Positions 12,817-27,861 of a stretch of 64,000 bases of DNA are shown piece by piece (the first letter of the stretch is position 1; every line of letters begins with the position of its first letter). The notes below the pieces were generated by a model that made no database searches, was not told where the DNA came from, and worked only from the letters and a program-made list of their open reading frames with translations. The stretch is from Octopus vulgaris (lineage: Eukaryota). The stretch lies in contig OX597818.1 in NCBI GenBank assembly GCA_951406725.2, positions 141,794,001-141,858,000 of the forward strand, written 5' to 3'. A program made the translations under genes and the position numbers.

Positions 12817-13240
12817 AGGTGCAAGACTGGCTGTGTGGTAAGTAGCTTGCTTACCAACCACATAGTTCCGGATTCAGTCCCACTGCGTGGCACCTTGGGC
12901 AAGTGTCTTCTGCTATAGCCTCGGGCCGACCAAAGCCTTGTGAGTGGATTTGGTAGACGGAAACTGAAAGAAGCCCATCGTATATATGTCTATATATATA
13001 TATATATGTATGTGTCTGTATATGTTTGTGTGTTTGTGCTTGTTCCTCAACATCGCTTGACAACCGATGCTGGTGGGTTTACGTTCCCGTAACTTAGCGG
13101 TTCGGCAAAAGGAGAACGATAGAATAAGTACTAGGCTTCCGAAGAATAAGTCCTGGGGTCGATTTGCTCGACTAAAGGCGGTGCTCCAGCATGGCCACAG
13201 TCAAATGACTGAAACAAGTAGAAGAATAAAAGAATAGAAG
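12817..13240 (+). mobile_element. SINE family A, full-length
   Basis: TGGCTGTGTGG A-box-like motif, B-box-like GGATTCAGTCCC, ACCTTGGGCAAGTG and an A-rich tail. Confidence 0.9.
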
Positions 13241-13696
13241 AACATGTTCTACACTCACTATGTTTGACTTAAACACTAAAATAATCGCCTTGTCAAACAA
13301 CCAAAACCTCGTTTTGTTTCATTTTCTGAAATCAACCCCTTTGTTGCTTTCATTATTTGTGTTGAAGATGTTTTCACCAACGTAATCTAATACAGATTGT
13401 TTCAAGGTTCACCACGTGCTTTGATTGTTGTTTCTATTCCTTACAAGAGCCGTTCTTCTTTCAGATACTGGATTACTGCAACTGAATCGGAAACTAACAT
13501 CCCTAAAATTTGTTTTGCTCTTTAAATATTTGCTTATTTCTTTAGGTGTCACTTCACAATTAATGTCACTTTTTGTTAAAACGCATTTCTTACTACGAAC
13601 AAACACACACACACACAAACAAACACATACACACGCGTACATACATACATACATACATACATATATTTATATACATCCGAACATGTGTATATATAT

Positions 13697-13769
<73 letters not shown>

Positions 13770-13792
13770 CATATATATAGTATGTATGTATA

Positions 13793-13863
<71 letters not shown>

Positions 13864-13884
13864 GTTCATATATATATATATTCT

Positions 13885-14075
13885 ATTTTTTCTTTACTTC
13901 AGCCATTTGACCATAGCCATGCTGGAGCGCCGCCTTTAGTCTAACAAGTCGGCCCCCATGACTTATTCTTTGTAAGCCTAGTACTTATTCTATCTGCCTT
14001 TGCCGAACCGCTAAGTTTCGGAGACGTAAACACACCAACATCGGTTGTCAATCGATTTCAGGGAGGTAAACACAC
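13885..14075 (-). mobile_element. SINE family A, 3' half
   Basis: CCATGCTGGAGC..GACTTATTCTTTGTAAGCCTAGTACTTATTC block. Confidence 0.8.
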
Positions 14076-14152
14076 ACACATATATATGTATGTGTATATA
14101 CGCAACACACAAACATGTTATAAATGGTTATATGTATATACATATATACATA

Positions 14153-14484
14153 TAAAAGACCCCCTTCGGTCATGAATGACCATGGGATTGCACCTAGAAA
14201 GTTACCCTCCTAGACACAAGTCCGGGCAAGGTTGTTTATGGAAGACCAGCAGTCGCCCATGCATACCAGCCTCCCCTCTCCACGCCACCAGTGTTATCCA
14301 AAGGGAAAGACAAAAGTCGATACAGCTTGGCACCAGTGACGTCGCAACTCATTTCTACAGCTGAGTGAACTGGAGCAACGTGAAATAAAGTGCCTTGCTC
14401 GAGAACACAACACGCAGCCCGGTCCGGGATTCGAGCTCACAACCTCACGACCGTAAGCTCGACGCTCTAACCACTGAGCCATGC
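14153..14484 (-). mobile_element. tRNA-derived SINE family C
   Basis: Minus head TGGCTCAGTGGTTAGAGC...GTGAGCTCGAATCCC; near-identical copy at 27862-28179. Confidence 0.85.
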
Positions 14485-15199
14485 ATATATATATATATCC
14501 TTTAAGTTCGTGGACGGGAAAGGTTTTTGAGTACGCATATATAAAATCTCATATTTTATTGTATCGAGCTGTGACAATATAACGTATGATAAATATAGTA
14601 ATGATAATAATAATTCATGGATGGAGTTTATACATTTTTTAATGCATCGCTACGCGCGTTTCCACACATTACATGTTTCTTACGATCATAGTCCGATTTC
14701 CTGGAATGACTACAGTACAATCCGTAGTATTCATGGATATCGAGTGGATCATAGTTCATGCGTTCATTTCATCAGGCGACTTGGCACTACCGTTAGAAGC
14801 AACGAATGTATAACCAAACGATGCTTATATCAATTTTCACCAATCAAAAGGTTGATTGAGATGTGTGAGCAGTTCTGTGTGTATTTGGTAGGGAGGAACA
14901 GAAGATGATGGAAAGGGAAAAAGGAATGGTAATGGTAAAAGAGAGGGTGGAGTGTGGTGATGTTAGACTTGTTTAGATATTTGTATATGCAGATGTCGAG
15001 GTGCGTAGTATAGTTCATTGGTTTGACTTTAGTCATGAAAGATAATTTTACCAAAGCATTTTCACTGCCACACATATCTGAATACCTTTTTTTTAACAAC
15101 TTGTGCTCATTATGTCATTCTTTTATAAATTACTTTTTCATTATTCTACTCAATGACAGTTGAATTAGTGGCAGTGTTGTGTAGCTACGTAGATTCACA

Positions 15200-15473
15200 A
15201 AAAAGCGAAAAGAATTAGTCAGTGAAATTAGCCGAAGGTGGAGAAACTATGAATGTTGTTTCACACGAAGCCTTCAGCTGAAAATCGTTTCTCTCTCTTT
15301 AGCTGCAGTTAATAGGTTTTAACCGTGTAGCCTTGTCACAAAAAGTATAAGCGTTATGCCCCCCCCCCCCCACACAAAAAATGAATTAACGCAGAATTAC
15401 CATGATTTTTTTTTTACAAATTGGCCTCCAGCTAAGAGGGTGGGGTACCTGGCAACATCGGGTAAGCTGCTAG
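15200..15473 (+). mobile_element. Probable non-autonomous Helitron 3' end
   Basis: TACCTGGCAACATCGGGTA hairpin followed by CTAG-T; left boundary uncertain. Confidence 0.5.
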
Positions 15474-15599
15474 TATGTGTGTGTGTGTGTGCGTGTGTAT
15501 ATGTGTGCATGTGTGTGTTTGTGTATGTGAGAAAAATAAATCAAATTCTCAAGAAGTGACTTTGTTACGTTAGGAATTTTTTTCAGAGATCTCGGGTGT

Positions 15600-15940
15600 A
15601 AGCTTTTCAAAGATGCTTAAACTTTAGCAACTTTTGAGTGTAAGGATCGAAGATCAAACCAGACGTAATGTACATATAAGCACAATAGTAATTTAAAAAA
15701 TAGGCTAAAGTTTGTATGTCGATTTGTAGGTAAATGAAGATGAGACTTGTAATGAAAAACCTTTCCCGATGGTTTGAAATGCTTGATATGCACATAAATT
15801 TTCATAACATAAAAATGACTGGTGAAGCTTCTTAGAAATATCCTGAGCAGGTGAAACATTTATTGCTGGACGAAACTACACATTAGAGCAAATATACAGC
15901 GTTGATCAAACTGGACTTTCTAGAAGCTTACGCATACGAA
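15600..15940 (+). mobile_element. Tigger/pogo transposase remnant
   Basis: IEDQTRRNVHIS, RWFE....NFHNIKMTGEA and [12 protein letters not shown] (CENP-B HTH through the first catalytic D). Confidence 0.7.
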
Positions 15941-16067
15941 AAATTTTATTTTCCCCCAAAAATTCAGTACATACATACACATGGGCGCGCACGCATACAC
16001 ACCTATATATCCTTTTGCAGTGTCAGTATACTGTGACTATGCTTGAGCACCGTCGGTTCCTTCTCTT

Positions 16068-16108
<41 letters not shown>

Positions 16109-16127
16109 TCTTTGTTAACACACACAC

Positions 16128-16323
<196 letters not shown>

Positions 16324-16334
16324 TATATATATAT

Positions 16335-17265
16335 ATACATAATATGAAAGAAATAGTTGTATACAGTGCTCAGGTGCACTACAACTAAGAAAACAAAACC
16401 CATCAGATGTACTATTGGCTGATTTCAGGAAACATGGAAGTTTTGAAGGATGTAGTGTCTCGACAGCTAACAACTGAAGCGGATAATTTATTCCATGCTA
16501 AAACAATTCTGAGCGTGAAAAGATGTTTCCGAAAGTCATGGGTGCTGTATGGTTTTTGACTTTGTGAGCATGTCCTCGAGTCTTTGACATATGGAATTCA
16601 AAAAAGGTGCTTAAGGTTGTTGCGGGAAAGATTGTGGATAATCTTGTAGGTGTCTACCAAGTCAGTTGCTAGACGTCTGAGCTTCAATGTATCCATTCCC
16701 AGGGAAGCAAGGCGTTCAAAGTATGGTAGATGCCTGATGAGGGTACATTCGTTTTCTTGCACATTTCTGAACAGTTTCCAAGAGATTTATATGCTGAGCA
16801 AGATAGGGGTTCCAGACGTGTGATGCACATTCTGAGTGAGGTCGTATCATTGTTATATACGGTTTTAAATAGATAGCCGGAGAGCGGCTGACAAAGGTTT
16901 TACTAAGTGATGCTAGAATACCCTCAGCCTTCTTGACAATCTTAGAGATGTGGTTTGTCCAACGCAGGTCGCTGTTTACAATAATACCCAGATCACGTTC
17001 ACCAGAAGACTTCTTGATATTGGTGTTGCTGAGGGAGTATGTAAAAGCCGGGTTTTTTCCTCCCAAAGTGCACAGTGACGCATTTGTCCACAGCTAACTT
17101 GAGATGCCAGTCAGAGATTCATTACTGCATTGTGTCCAGGTCTGATTGCAGGAAAGATTTACAGCGCATAGGATCTGTTCATTTTATTTCGAAGTACAGC
17201 TTGATGCCATCTGCATATTTCAACACTGTAACATTTCTCAAGTTGGCATCTGTGTCATTAATATA
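16335..17265 (-). mobile_element. CR1-type LINE, 3' part
   Basis: LYADGIKLY, ERDLGIIV and IRPHSECASHVWNPY; 3' end GTAGTGCACCTGAGCACTGTA shared with 57813-58150. Confidence 0.85.
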
Positions 17266-17914
17266 GGCAATGTATGTGTGTGTGTGTGTGTAACGTTTAT
17301 GACACGACATAACAGAGAAGTTTTGCAGTTATATACATGAATATGTTTCATGTAAATAAACGAAGAGCAATATTAATTTGCTTGATTATTAATATAGCCA
17401 TTTATTATATATCAGTTATTATGTTGTTACAAATTGGAAGATGATTATAATATCAGTCGTTACAATAATATAAGAAATATTTGTCGCTGGTTCCATGATT
17501 CAGTGTGTATGTTACATAGTTTAATTCCTCAGTCTGCTAGGGAGAAAGACATAATGAAAGGAATGTATGCAGTTAGAGAAAACAAGAGGTTTACCATCGC
17601 ACGCATTATTTATCATACTGACAGAGACAACTGACCAAAGAGAGGAAGATGGCTATTTGCTTGTGTCTTATACGTTGCTGACTAAAGTTGGTCGGGCTAA
17701 AAACAATAAGGTTATTCGTCCCTAATCAGATTTGACCGAAGAATGGCCCAAGAAAGATCAAGGGGTCAACTTTTTCTCATTATTTTGTGTGTGCAATAAG
17801 GCTAAGACAATCGACCGAGGATTCGTTTGACAATGAATAAAATTGTGGATTCAATTTCGAATCCTAGCTTACCTATTCTGTAGCTTTTCGCTACCTACAC
17901 GTGTGTTTGTGTGA

Positions 17915-18000
<86 letters not shown>

Positions 18001-18544
18001 ACAATGTAAGGAATCTTGAGTGTTCACATGGATGCGTATGCGTTGTGCGTTTGAATGTGTCTACGTAATATCATAGTATATGTGTACATAAATGTAGTTG
18101 TGTATTCGTGTGGATGAATGTGTTTGTGTGGCTGCATGTGCGTGTGTCTTCGTAATTTTTATTCGATTCTACTTTCCTATAGAGATATGTTATTGATTAT
18201 TTCTTTTTAATTTGTAAACATAGGAATCAACAGCAGGAATCAGTTATCATTCCTACTGTTGTAGTCTTCTTCTTCTTCCAATCAGGACTCACGCCATTAG
18301 CCACAAAGAATAATCTCTAATTCGAGCCTGCTCTAAGCTACTAAGAATGCATGTGGCAACATGAAGATCCACCCACCACACACGATAGACTGACTGTTGC
18401 ACGGGCGCGAAAGCTACGTTGTTATCGTCATTCCGTAAACGGTGGCTTTTAACGGGTAGAGAGCTGAACTATCCTGGGGTACAGAGGATCCGCAATCTAG
18501 ACTAGGGACCGAAAGTTTACTACACCATGGTTCCTCTACTTTGT

Positions 18545-18757
18545 GGCAGAAGTAGGAAGAAAGAGTGAGAGTAAGTTGTAGAGAAAGAGTACAGCAGGGT
18601 TCACCACCACCACCACCACCACCATCCCCCGCCGGAGCCTAGTGGAGCTTAGGTGTTTTTGCTCAATAAACACTCACAATGCTCGGTCTGGGAATCGAAA
18701 CCACGTTCTTACGACCGCGAGTCCGCTGCCCTAACCACTGGGCCATTGCGCCTCCAC
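18545..18757 (-). mobile_element. tRNA-derived SINE family B, 5' part
   Basis: GGAGGCGCAATGGCCCAGTGGTTAGG...GGTTTCGATTCCC head; matches the copies at 37322 and 50121. Confidence 0.85.
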
Positions 18758-19799
18758 ACTGTTGTTGTTGTTGCTGCTGCTGCTACTGCTGCTGTTGTTG
18801 TTGTTTAGCCCTACATCAGAGGTATTTCTGCTATGACCATCCCATCTTTGTAGAAATATGCTCAGAATTATCTAATGTACCATTACCTTTTATTTCAGGC
18901 AGTAGAACTGGGATTAAGGAACAGAAGTAAATTACCTGAAACAAAGTAAAATTTAAAATATTAGGGTAATGCATTTGGCATGGGAGATACTTATGGGAGC
19001 CTGGGTTATATATGTATTTATTCATAAAGCGAAGGGATGCTTTGACTGGTTAACACTTTATACTGATATCTTTTGCATATATTTCTTTTGTTTTGTTACA
19101 TAAATGTGGCATTACTATAAATTTTCAGAATATTACCAGTTAACGCCTGTTTGTTTAAAAGCTTATAGTTTTCTGCGTTTTTTACATAAGTTCATTGTCA
19201 TTAGAGAAAAACTATAATTCATATACAACTCTGTGTCAAGTGAGGTGTGAAAATTTTAGAACGTGATAATTTTTTTCTATTCAAAACTACTGGATCTATA
19301 GATAATATTATTTATATAACGGTGTAGTGTTAATATTATGCTTGTCAGGTGGGGGTTTTTTCTAAAATTTGAATCGTTTATAACTTTTGAAAGCCGAGAA
19401 TCAACAGATATTCATTTAATAAAATATATTTTATGTCTAAAAAAAACTGATAAAATACACTTTATGTTTAAAAAATTATTTTCCTTATATTTATATTTTG
19501 ATATGAATATATATCAGAAGCTTGCAAAATATGGTTCGTGTACTCCTGAAGATATATTGGGTAATTTATGTTACGTAAAGCAATTTACCCGGTTGAGCAA
19601 TGAATAATGTCAGTCATTATATTTTGATTCTTTTCATGTAAAATTACAATAATTTGAAAATAATTTAATCACGTGCTTACTTATTTTCAATGCATTAATT
19701 AATTTTTCAAATATCATATTTAAATACTCATTTTTTCCTTTATTTCATTAAACATTTTAAAAACAATTTAATGTAAGTAACCAACAAAGATGATGCTTG

Positions 19800-20760
19800 T
19801 TTCAAATCTTGAAGCGTTGATTTGAATTCGGTAGCTTGCGTTGGTGTCTGTTAATGAAGCTTCTGCCATATCAGATCATGACGGTGGTTTTGTGTTTTGA
19901 GCAAGAAAGGGGGACCCTAAAATTGAAGTTTCTTATTGTATGATCCATCGCCAAGCATTAGTTGTGAAACATTTAGCACCTGAACTGGAAGCTCTCTTGA
20001 ATGCTATCAAAAGCATATACTAAACACGCGACTGTTTGTGATTTATGTACAGATGGAGAGGGTGAATATTCAGATTTCCTTTTTCACACAGTGAGCTAGC
20101 TTTCGCGCTGAGATGTTCTCAGTATAGCCTTAGGCTATCACAACTGAACTTAAAACCTTTCTAGTGGATCAAACGACATTTTTTTGCAAATAAGTTCAGC
20201 CACTCCATTTGCTGGCATATTTTTCATATTTAATTGACACTTTTGCGCATGTCAATGCATTGAACAAGGAATTGAAAGGTAAAAAACATTAATATCATTT
20301 TAGCAAAGAAAAGATAATGAACTAGACTTCAGTATTTGGATGCAAGATTTTATTATAGAACTGGAAAGTGGATCAAAACACAAAAACCATCATTCAAAAA
20401 GTAGTTGTGACAATAGAAATTTGCGATAACAAGTATCCAATTACAACATATCTTATCAAACTCAAACATTGGTTCTCTGATTATTTTCAAGATTTTAGCT
20501 CACAGACTGTCAGCTGGGTTGTGAATCCCTTTAATTGTAAAATGGCTGATGTGCTTTAAGTGTCTGAGCAGTTGACAAACGTTCTTCGTAAACTTTGCAC
20601 CAAAAGTGTACTACTCATGGAATTCCAGAACAAGGCAGATCCCTTGTCTTTTTGGCTGAGAAAATCTACAAAGTCTTTCAAAATTATGTGTGTTGAAGTA
20701 ACAAAAATATCGCTACATTTTGCAGCAACCTATCTTTTTGATGAAGTTGCCTTATGCTTT
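19800..20760 (+). mobile_element. Decayed hAT (Charlie/Buster-like) transposase
   Basis: CMIHRQALVVK (CxxH motif), HVNALNKELKG, WVVNPF and LSFWL...LHFAATYL dimerisation-domain remnants. Confidence 0.75.
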
Positions 20761-21394
20761 GACGTAGCTATGAGTGAAGTGCAGCACGCTGGATTTTTGA
20801 ATGGCACGCCTAACGAAAAGTTTCCTTGAATATGTTTAGTAGTGCTAAACATATTCCCTAAAGATAACTTCTCTAAAGATTCTATTAAGTCGCTACCCAA
20901 AGGAAAACATTAAGCATGAGAATAAATGAACGGTTGAAAATCTGTGAAACCAAAGAAAAAAAATCAGAAGAACAGTGCATATAGAGATTAATGAAAACTC
21001 AATCAAAAACAAATTGACATAACCTGAATATATGAACATTAACTGAACATGTGTCAGGGGCCTTGTCGACAAGGTTCCTTGTTCAAACCCAATCCAATAT
21101 CAGATGATAGTAATACAGCGATCGGAAACCAAACAGATCGAATTGTAATGTTGACATAATGATGATTCCTGTCATTGAAAGAGGATCTCAACCTTGAGAG
21201 AAAATCAACCTTGGTCGGATTCGAACTAAAAACAAATACCGCAAGGCACTCTGCCCAACATTCTACCGATTCTGCCAATAAGTAATTATAACGGTTTTCT
21301 AAAGATGAATTTAATAATCCATAGAAACATCATCATCATCATCATCATAATCATCATCATCATCATCATCATCAATGGTTATAGCGAAAGCAGT

Positions 21395-21990
21395 AATCTG
21401 GCAGAATCGCTAGCGCATCGCGCGGGGAATACATAGTGGTTCTCTCTTTTTTTTTATACTCTTTTACTTGTTTCAGTCATTTGACTGCGGCCATGCTGGA
21501 GCACCGCCTTTAGTCGAGCAAATCGAACCCAGGACTTATTCTTTGTAAGCCTAGTACTTATTCTAGCAGTCCCTTTTGCTGAACCGCTAAGTTACGGGGA
21601 CGAAAACATACCAGCATTGGTTGTCAAGCGATGGTGGAGGGGACAAACACAGACATACAAACATATACACACATATATATACATATGACGGGCTTCTTTC
21701 AGTTTCCATCTACCAAATCCACTCACAAGGCTTTGGTCGGCCCGAGGCTATAGTAGAAGACACTCGCCCAAGGTTCCACGCAGTGGGAATGAACCCGGAA
21801 CCATGTCGTGGGTAAGCAAGCTACTTATCACACAGCCACCAGTTTTATTTTCTGAGCTCAAATTCTGGTGAGATCAACTTTGCCTTTTATTCTTTTGGGG
21901 TACACGAAATAAGTACCAGCTGAGCACTGGAGTCAGTGTAATTGATTTATTCCTCCCTCGAAATTGTTGGTCTTATACCGATTGTAGAAA
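21395..21990 (+). mobile_element. Old Nin-domain-like SINE (family D) interrupted by a family A SINE
   Basis: CTGGCAGAATCGCTAG head before 21440 and ACTTTGCCTTTTATTCTTTTGGGG..AAATAAGTACCAG after 21840. Confidence 0.65.
21452..21838 (-). mobile_element. SINE family A, near full-length
   Basis: Colinear with other family A copies. Confidence 0.9.
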
Positions 21991-23078
21991 TGATTATTAT
22001 AGGTGTTAGCATGTCACGCCACCGAAGACTGGGTGTTCGGTCTCAGTAAGGCTACATTTCTGGCTGTAAGATCTATTAATTTCTTCCAGCCTTGTCTTTG
22101 TTAGACTATTTTTTTCTTGCAAAAAAGCTAAGTCGATTTCCAAGTTGGAATGGTTTTTAAAAAAAACGCATCAACGTTATTGATGTTATTGTTGTTGTTG
22201 TTGTTGTTGTTGTTGGCATTGCTGTTTTATTTTAATATTTGTCTTTTACCAGGATATGAAAGAAACGTTTCAAATGCGAGGTGTCATTCAGCTCAACACA
22301 CCAGATAATCGGGGTAGATGACAGTTACAGATTTTTGTTGTTGTTTTTCTAGGTTTTATACCTTTTTTTTTTATATTTCTTTACCTTTATTTTTCATTCT
22401 TTCTTTTACCTCTCTCTTTTTTTACGTCCCCCAATTGCATGTCAGCTGAAATCTAACACTAATTGATATATGGACATTTTACCATTCCTGGGGACCACAA
22501 TTCTAATCATATACTTTAATCGGCACAAAACACCTTAGTCATCTTTCTCCTATTACTATTTACGATTTTTTTCTTTCGTTCTTTGACATTTTCTTATACA
22601 CAGAGTATCCATTCCTATCACTAAAATGAATTTCGCCAAGTGAAACTGTCTTTTCAAAACAATCTTATATTTTTTTATAACCTTTTTATTCTATTTAGCT
22701 TCTTGTATTTTTTTTCTATTCCCCACTCCATCATTTTTTTTCTTTCAATTCACTTTCTTACATTTTTACTTATTCCTTGATCATTTTGTTTTGTCTTGTG
22801 ATTTTTTTTATGCATTATTGTTGTTGTTGTTGTTGTTTTACTCTAGCAAGATCATTTCTGATTATTTTTATGTTATATTTTGCATTATTATTATAGTATT
22901 CTTTCTTTAAAGTGAATAAAAAACAAACAGCTGTTTTTTCAAGAAACATCATATATATAAATATATATATATATACACACTTTCAAGCGTATGCATAAAA
23001 AAATATACACAGATGCACTCACACGTGCATATGGAAAATATTTATGTATTTATATATGGATAGGCTGAAAATGTATGA

Positions 23079-23128
<50 letters not shown>

Positions 23129-23179
23129 CGGTGATGTCTCTGCATGACCGCAGCTTTGAAGCCGAAACAATTTAAAGAT

Positions 23180-23513
23180 TTAATAGAAAGAAAAGAAAGA
23201 AAAGAAAAGAAAGAAAAGGAAAAGAAAAAGAAAAAAGAAAAAAGAAAGAAGGAAAAAAGAGATAGAAAGAAGGAAAGAACGAAATAAGAAAAGGGAAAGA
23301 AAAGAGACAGAAAGGAAAAGCAGGGAAGGGGAAAAGAGAAAGAAAGAAAGAAAGAATGAATGAAAGAAAGAAAGAAAGAAAGAAAGAAGGAAACAAAAAT
23401 AGAACGAAAGAAAGAAAGAAAGAGCGAAGGAAACAAAAATAGAAAGAAAGAAAGAAAGAAAGAAAGGGAGAGATAAGAAGAAAAGAGATTGAAATGAAAA
23501 GAAGAAAGAAACA

Positions 23514-23545
<32 letters not shown>
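23180..23545 (+). repeat. Polypurine (GAAA)n-type tract
   Basis: Read directly from the sequence. Confidence 0.9.
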
Positions 23546-23692
23546 GTTGGCTGTGTAGTTGCATCGCAACCACAAGGTTCCGGGTTCAGTCCCACTGCTT
23601 GACTCTTTGAGCTGGCGTCTTCTACTACAGATTTGAGCCGAGCAAAGACTTATGAGTAGATTTAGGAGACGGAAACTGAAAGAAGCCCGTCT
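23545..23692 (+). mobile_element. SINE family A, 5' half
   Basis: TGGCTGTGTAG..GGTTCCGGGTTCAGTCCCACTGC..GACGGAAACTGAAAGAAGCCCG. Confidence 0.75.
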
Positions 23693-24143
23693 TATAAGTA
23701 AGTATATATGGTAGGTGTTTGGGTGTAGGTGTGTGTATAGTGTGCGTGAACGCGGACATGGCTGAAATATTAAGAAGTTCGCTTCGCAAAATGAGGCCCC
23801 AATTTCTGTGCACCTTCATGGTATCTTCAGCAAGTGTTTTTTTACTTTGGAATGCACTCGGTTCCATCTTTGTGGCTAAAATTTCAATAAACGGAAACTG
23901 CAATGGGCCATCGGATGCTTTGTATCTGTACTGCAAAGGCATAGCCTTGTCATATACTGCGATTCCCCTGAGATTTAAGTACGTCGATTCCCCTGACAAT
24001 TAACTAAGGGTTACCGTGCCTCTAAAATAATCAGCCATTATATCTCAATTATTAAGTAATCCCGTTGATCAAATATCTTACACTTACCATTGAAAGGAGC
24101 AGCAAAACATCTCTCTCTCTTTCTTACTCTCTCTCTCTCTCTC

Positions 24144-24201
<58 letters not shown>

Positions 24202-24221
24202 ATATATATATAGATATATAG

Positions 24222-24257
<36 letters not shown>

Positions 24258-24258
24258 A

Positions 24259-24341
<83 letters not shown>

Positions 24342-24344
24342 TAC

Positions 24345-24595
24345 GGAGATGTACTTGTATAGCAAGTGACCTGATCTGAGATCGTGTGCTGAAACAAATT
24401 ACAATTGCAGCGTGGAAGGTGTTTATAAGTCATTTAAAAACACACAAAAGCCGTTAGATTCACTTCAACATCTAAATTTAATTTGTCAAAATATTTCCGT
24501 TGCTTTGAAACCGCGACCTGTTCACTGACAAAATTCGATGCTGCACGGAATGTTGTCAGTGAACATGTCGCAGTTTCAAAACGACGGAAATATTC
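24345..24595. mobile_element. Pseudo-LTR-like element with terminal fold-back and a hammerhead-like motif (G3-C8 variant)
   Basis: 5' part resembles 53815-53915, which abuts a Penelope GIY-YIG region; inverted repeat 24490-24594. Confidence 0.55.
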
Positions 24596-25249
24596 AATTG
24601 TTCACCCTTATTATGTGTGTGTGTGTGTGTGTGTGTATTAGCAATTCGTATAAAATTGCATCAATGACTTGAACTTGAATAAGTGGTTTCACATAAATGG
24701 GGATAAATTAAAAAGATTTGTTGTTATTATTATTATTACTGTTTGACTATTGTAATCACATTTGTTGGTTCCTCGTCAGGGAAACGTTGTTGTGTTGCAT
24801 TTGTTAAATAATTGTAAACCGTAACCCTCCCCCCTTTCGGAGAAGGGGCTTTGGTTATTGTTTAAAAATTGAATTGTGTCCCTGTTTGGGGAAATCTCTC
24901 TATATATAATTGACAATATTTTCACCGTCTTTACGGAAGCATTTTTGTTAAAATGCCTTCGATAGAAGAAAGTCCAAAAATGAATTTCGCTGCAGCCGTA
25001 CACTCCTATACAAGAGGGAGGACAAGATCCAATTGATCGAAATTGCAAGAGACGGGCCTACATTTCCAGTCTGTTATATATTTTGAGTATTGTTATCACT
25101 AGCGATATCAAGATATAACTTTGTATTTTGTATTTTATGTGTAGATGTATATATATAGATGTATATGTAATATGTACACATATATATACACATATATATA
25201 TGCATGATATATCTACCCATACACACATACGCACACACACACATACATA

Positions 25250-25385
25250 GGGGCAGGTGTGGCTGTGTGGTAACAAACTACGTTCCAAACACATGGTCCT
25301 GGGTTCAGTCCCACTGTGTGGTGACTTGGCATGTGTCTTCTGCTGTAGCCTCAGACCAACAAAAGCCTTCTCAGTGGATTTTGTA
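25250..25385 (+). mobile_element. SINE family A, 5' part
   Basis: TGGCTGTGTGG..GGGTTCAGTCCCACTG head. Confidence 0.7.
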
Positions 25386-25485
25386 CATATATACATGCAT
25401 ACGTACATATTCGGCATAAACACTCTACCACTACAACTAATAACTGTTGGGAACACTTTCAAACCTGCCTTACATTCGAAACGGA

Positions 25486-27112
<1,627 letters not shown>

Positions 27113-27251
27113 ATATATATATATATCACCGTGATCACCGTGATCATTGTGACCGACCAGGCTATCAGATGTGGCTACATATCGCTGGCCACAATGCGCT
27201 TCGCATTGTTTTAGCCTTCAAATGACGCCACCCCGCTGGCTAAGCGAGCAG

Positions 27252-27307
<56 letters not shown>

Positions 27308-27334
27308 CCTGCTCGCTTAGCCAGCGGGGTGGCG

Positions 27335-27383
<49 letters not shown>

Positions 27384-27396
27384 TATATAGTATGGG

Positions 27397-27653
27397 AAAG
27401 AATGGAGCTGAACGAAGATTTAACAAAATTCCTTTATTTTATTTTCGACATATGTTTCGAAGTCTGCAAAGTCCCTAATTCCGATTGAATAAGGAGTCCA
27501 TTTTGCAGCTTTCTCTTCAGGAAAATCCAGGAACTTAATTCTCCATGGTCCATGGTCGTAACTTCAACCTTGCCCTTTCTGTTGTGAATTTTGCTACCCA
27601 GGTATCGGTTATCTTTTGAATTATCCGTAATAAGATAATTCATTTATCTACTT

Positions 27654-27660
<7 letters not shown>
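27397..27660 (-). mobile_element. Second copy of the hammerhead-bearing pseudo-LTR-like element
   Basis: Shares AAGAATGGAG.TGAACGA, CGTAACTTCAACC and TGCTACCCAGGTATCGGTTATC with 7128-7428; flanked by (TA)n. Confidence 0.65.
27441..27526 (-). ncRNA. Type I hammerhead ribozyme motif (canonical core)
   Basis: AUUUUC-CUGAAGA-GAAAGCUGCAAA...UUUGCAGACUUC-GAAA-CAUAUG-UC/GAAAAU; 6-bp stem I; predicted cleavage between + positions 27447 and 27446. Confidence 0.85.
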
Positions 27661-27693
<33 letters not shown>

Positions 27694-27861
27694 TTTCAGT
27701 CAGCATCCCATCCAGTCCCTTAGGTTTCCTGCAAGCAGGCCAAGGTCATCTGCATTTTTTGTCATCTGAGGGAACTGACTGATGGCCAGAATATAATTAT
27801 TGCTAGTCGAACAGCAGGAAGGCCAAGGTGGTATGATTGCTGTAGTTGTGCACACTAAAAA

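Noticed and set aside
12817-12890. tRNA genes at SINE heads (also 14410-14484, 37630-37702, 50121-50195)
   Set aside because: A and B boxes are present, but they run into shared SINE bodies with no convincing cloverleaf or terminator.
22254-22281. Possible micro-exon after TTTTACCAG
   Set aside because: The donor is weak (GTGTCA) and there is no other support.
23625-24003. 124-aa and 94-aa overlapping ORFs
   Set aside because: No recognisable motif, and the longer ORF runs into SINE sequence.
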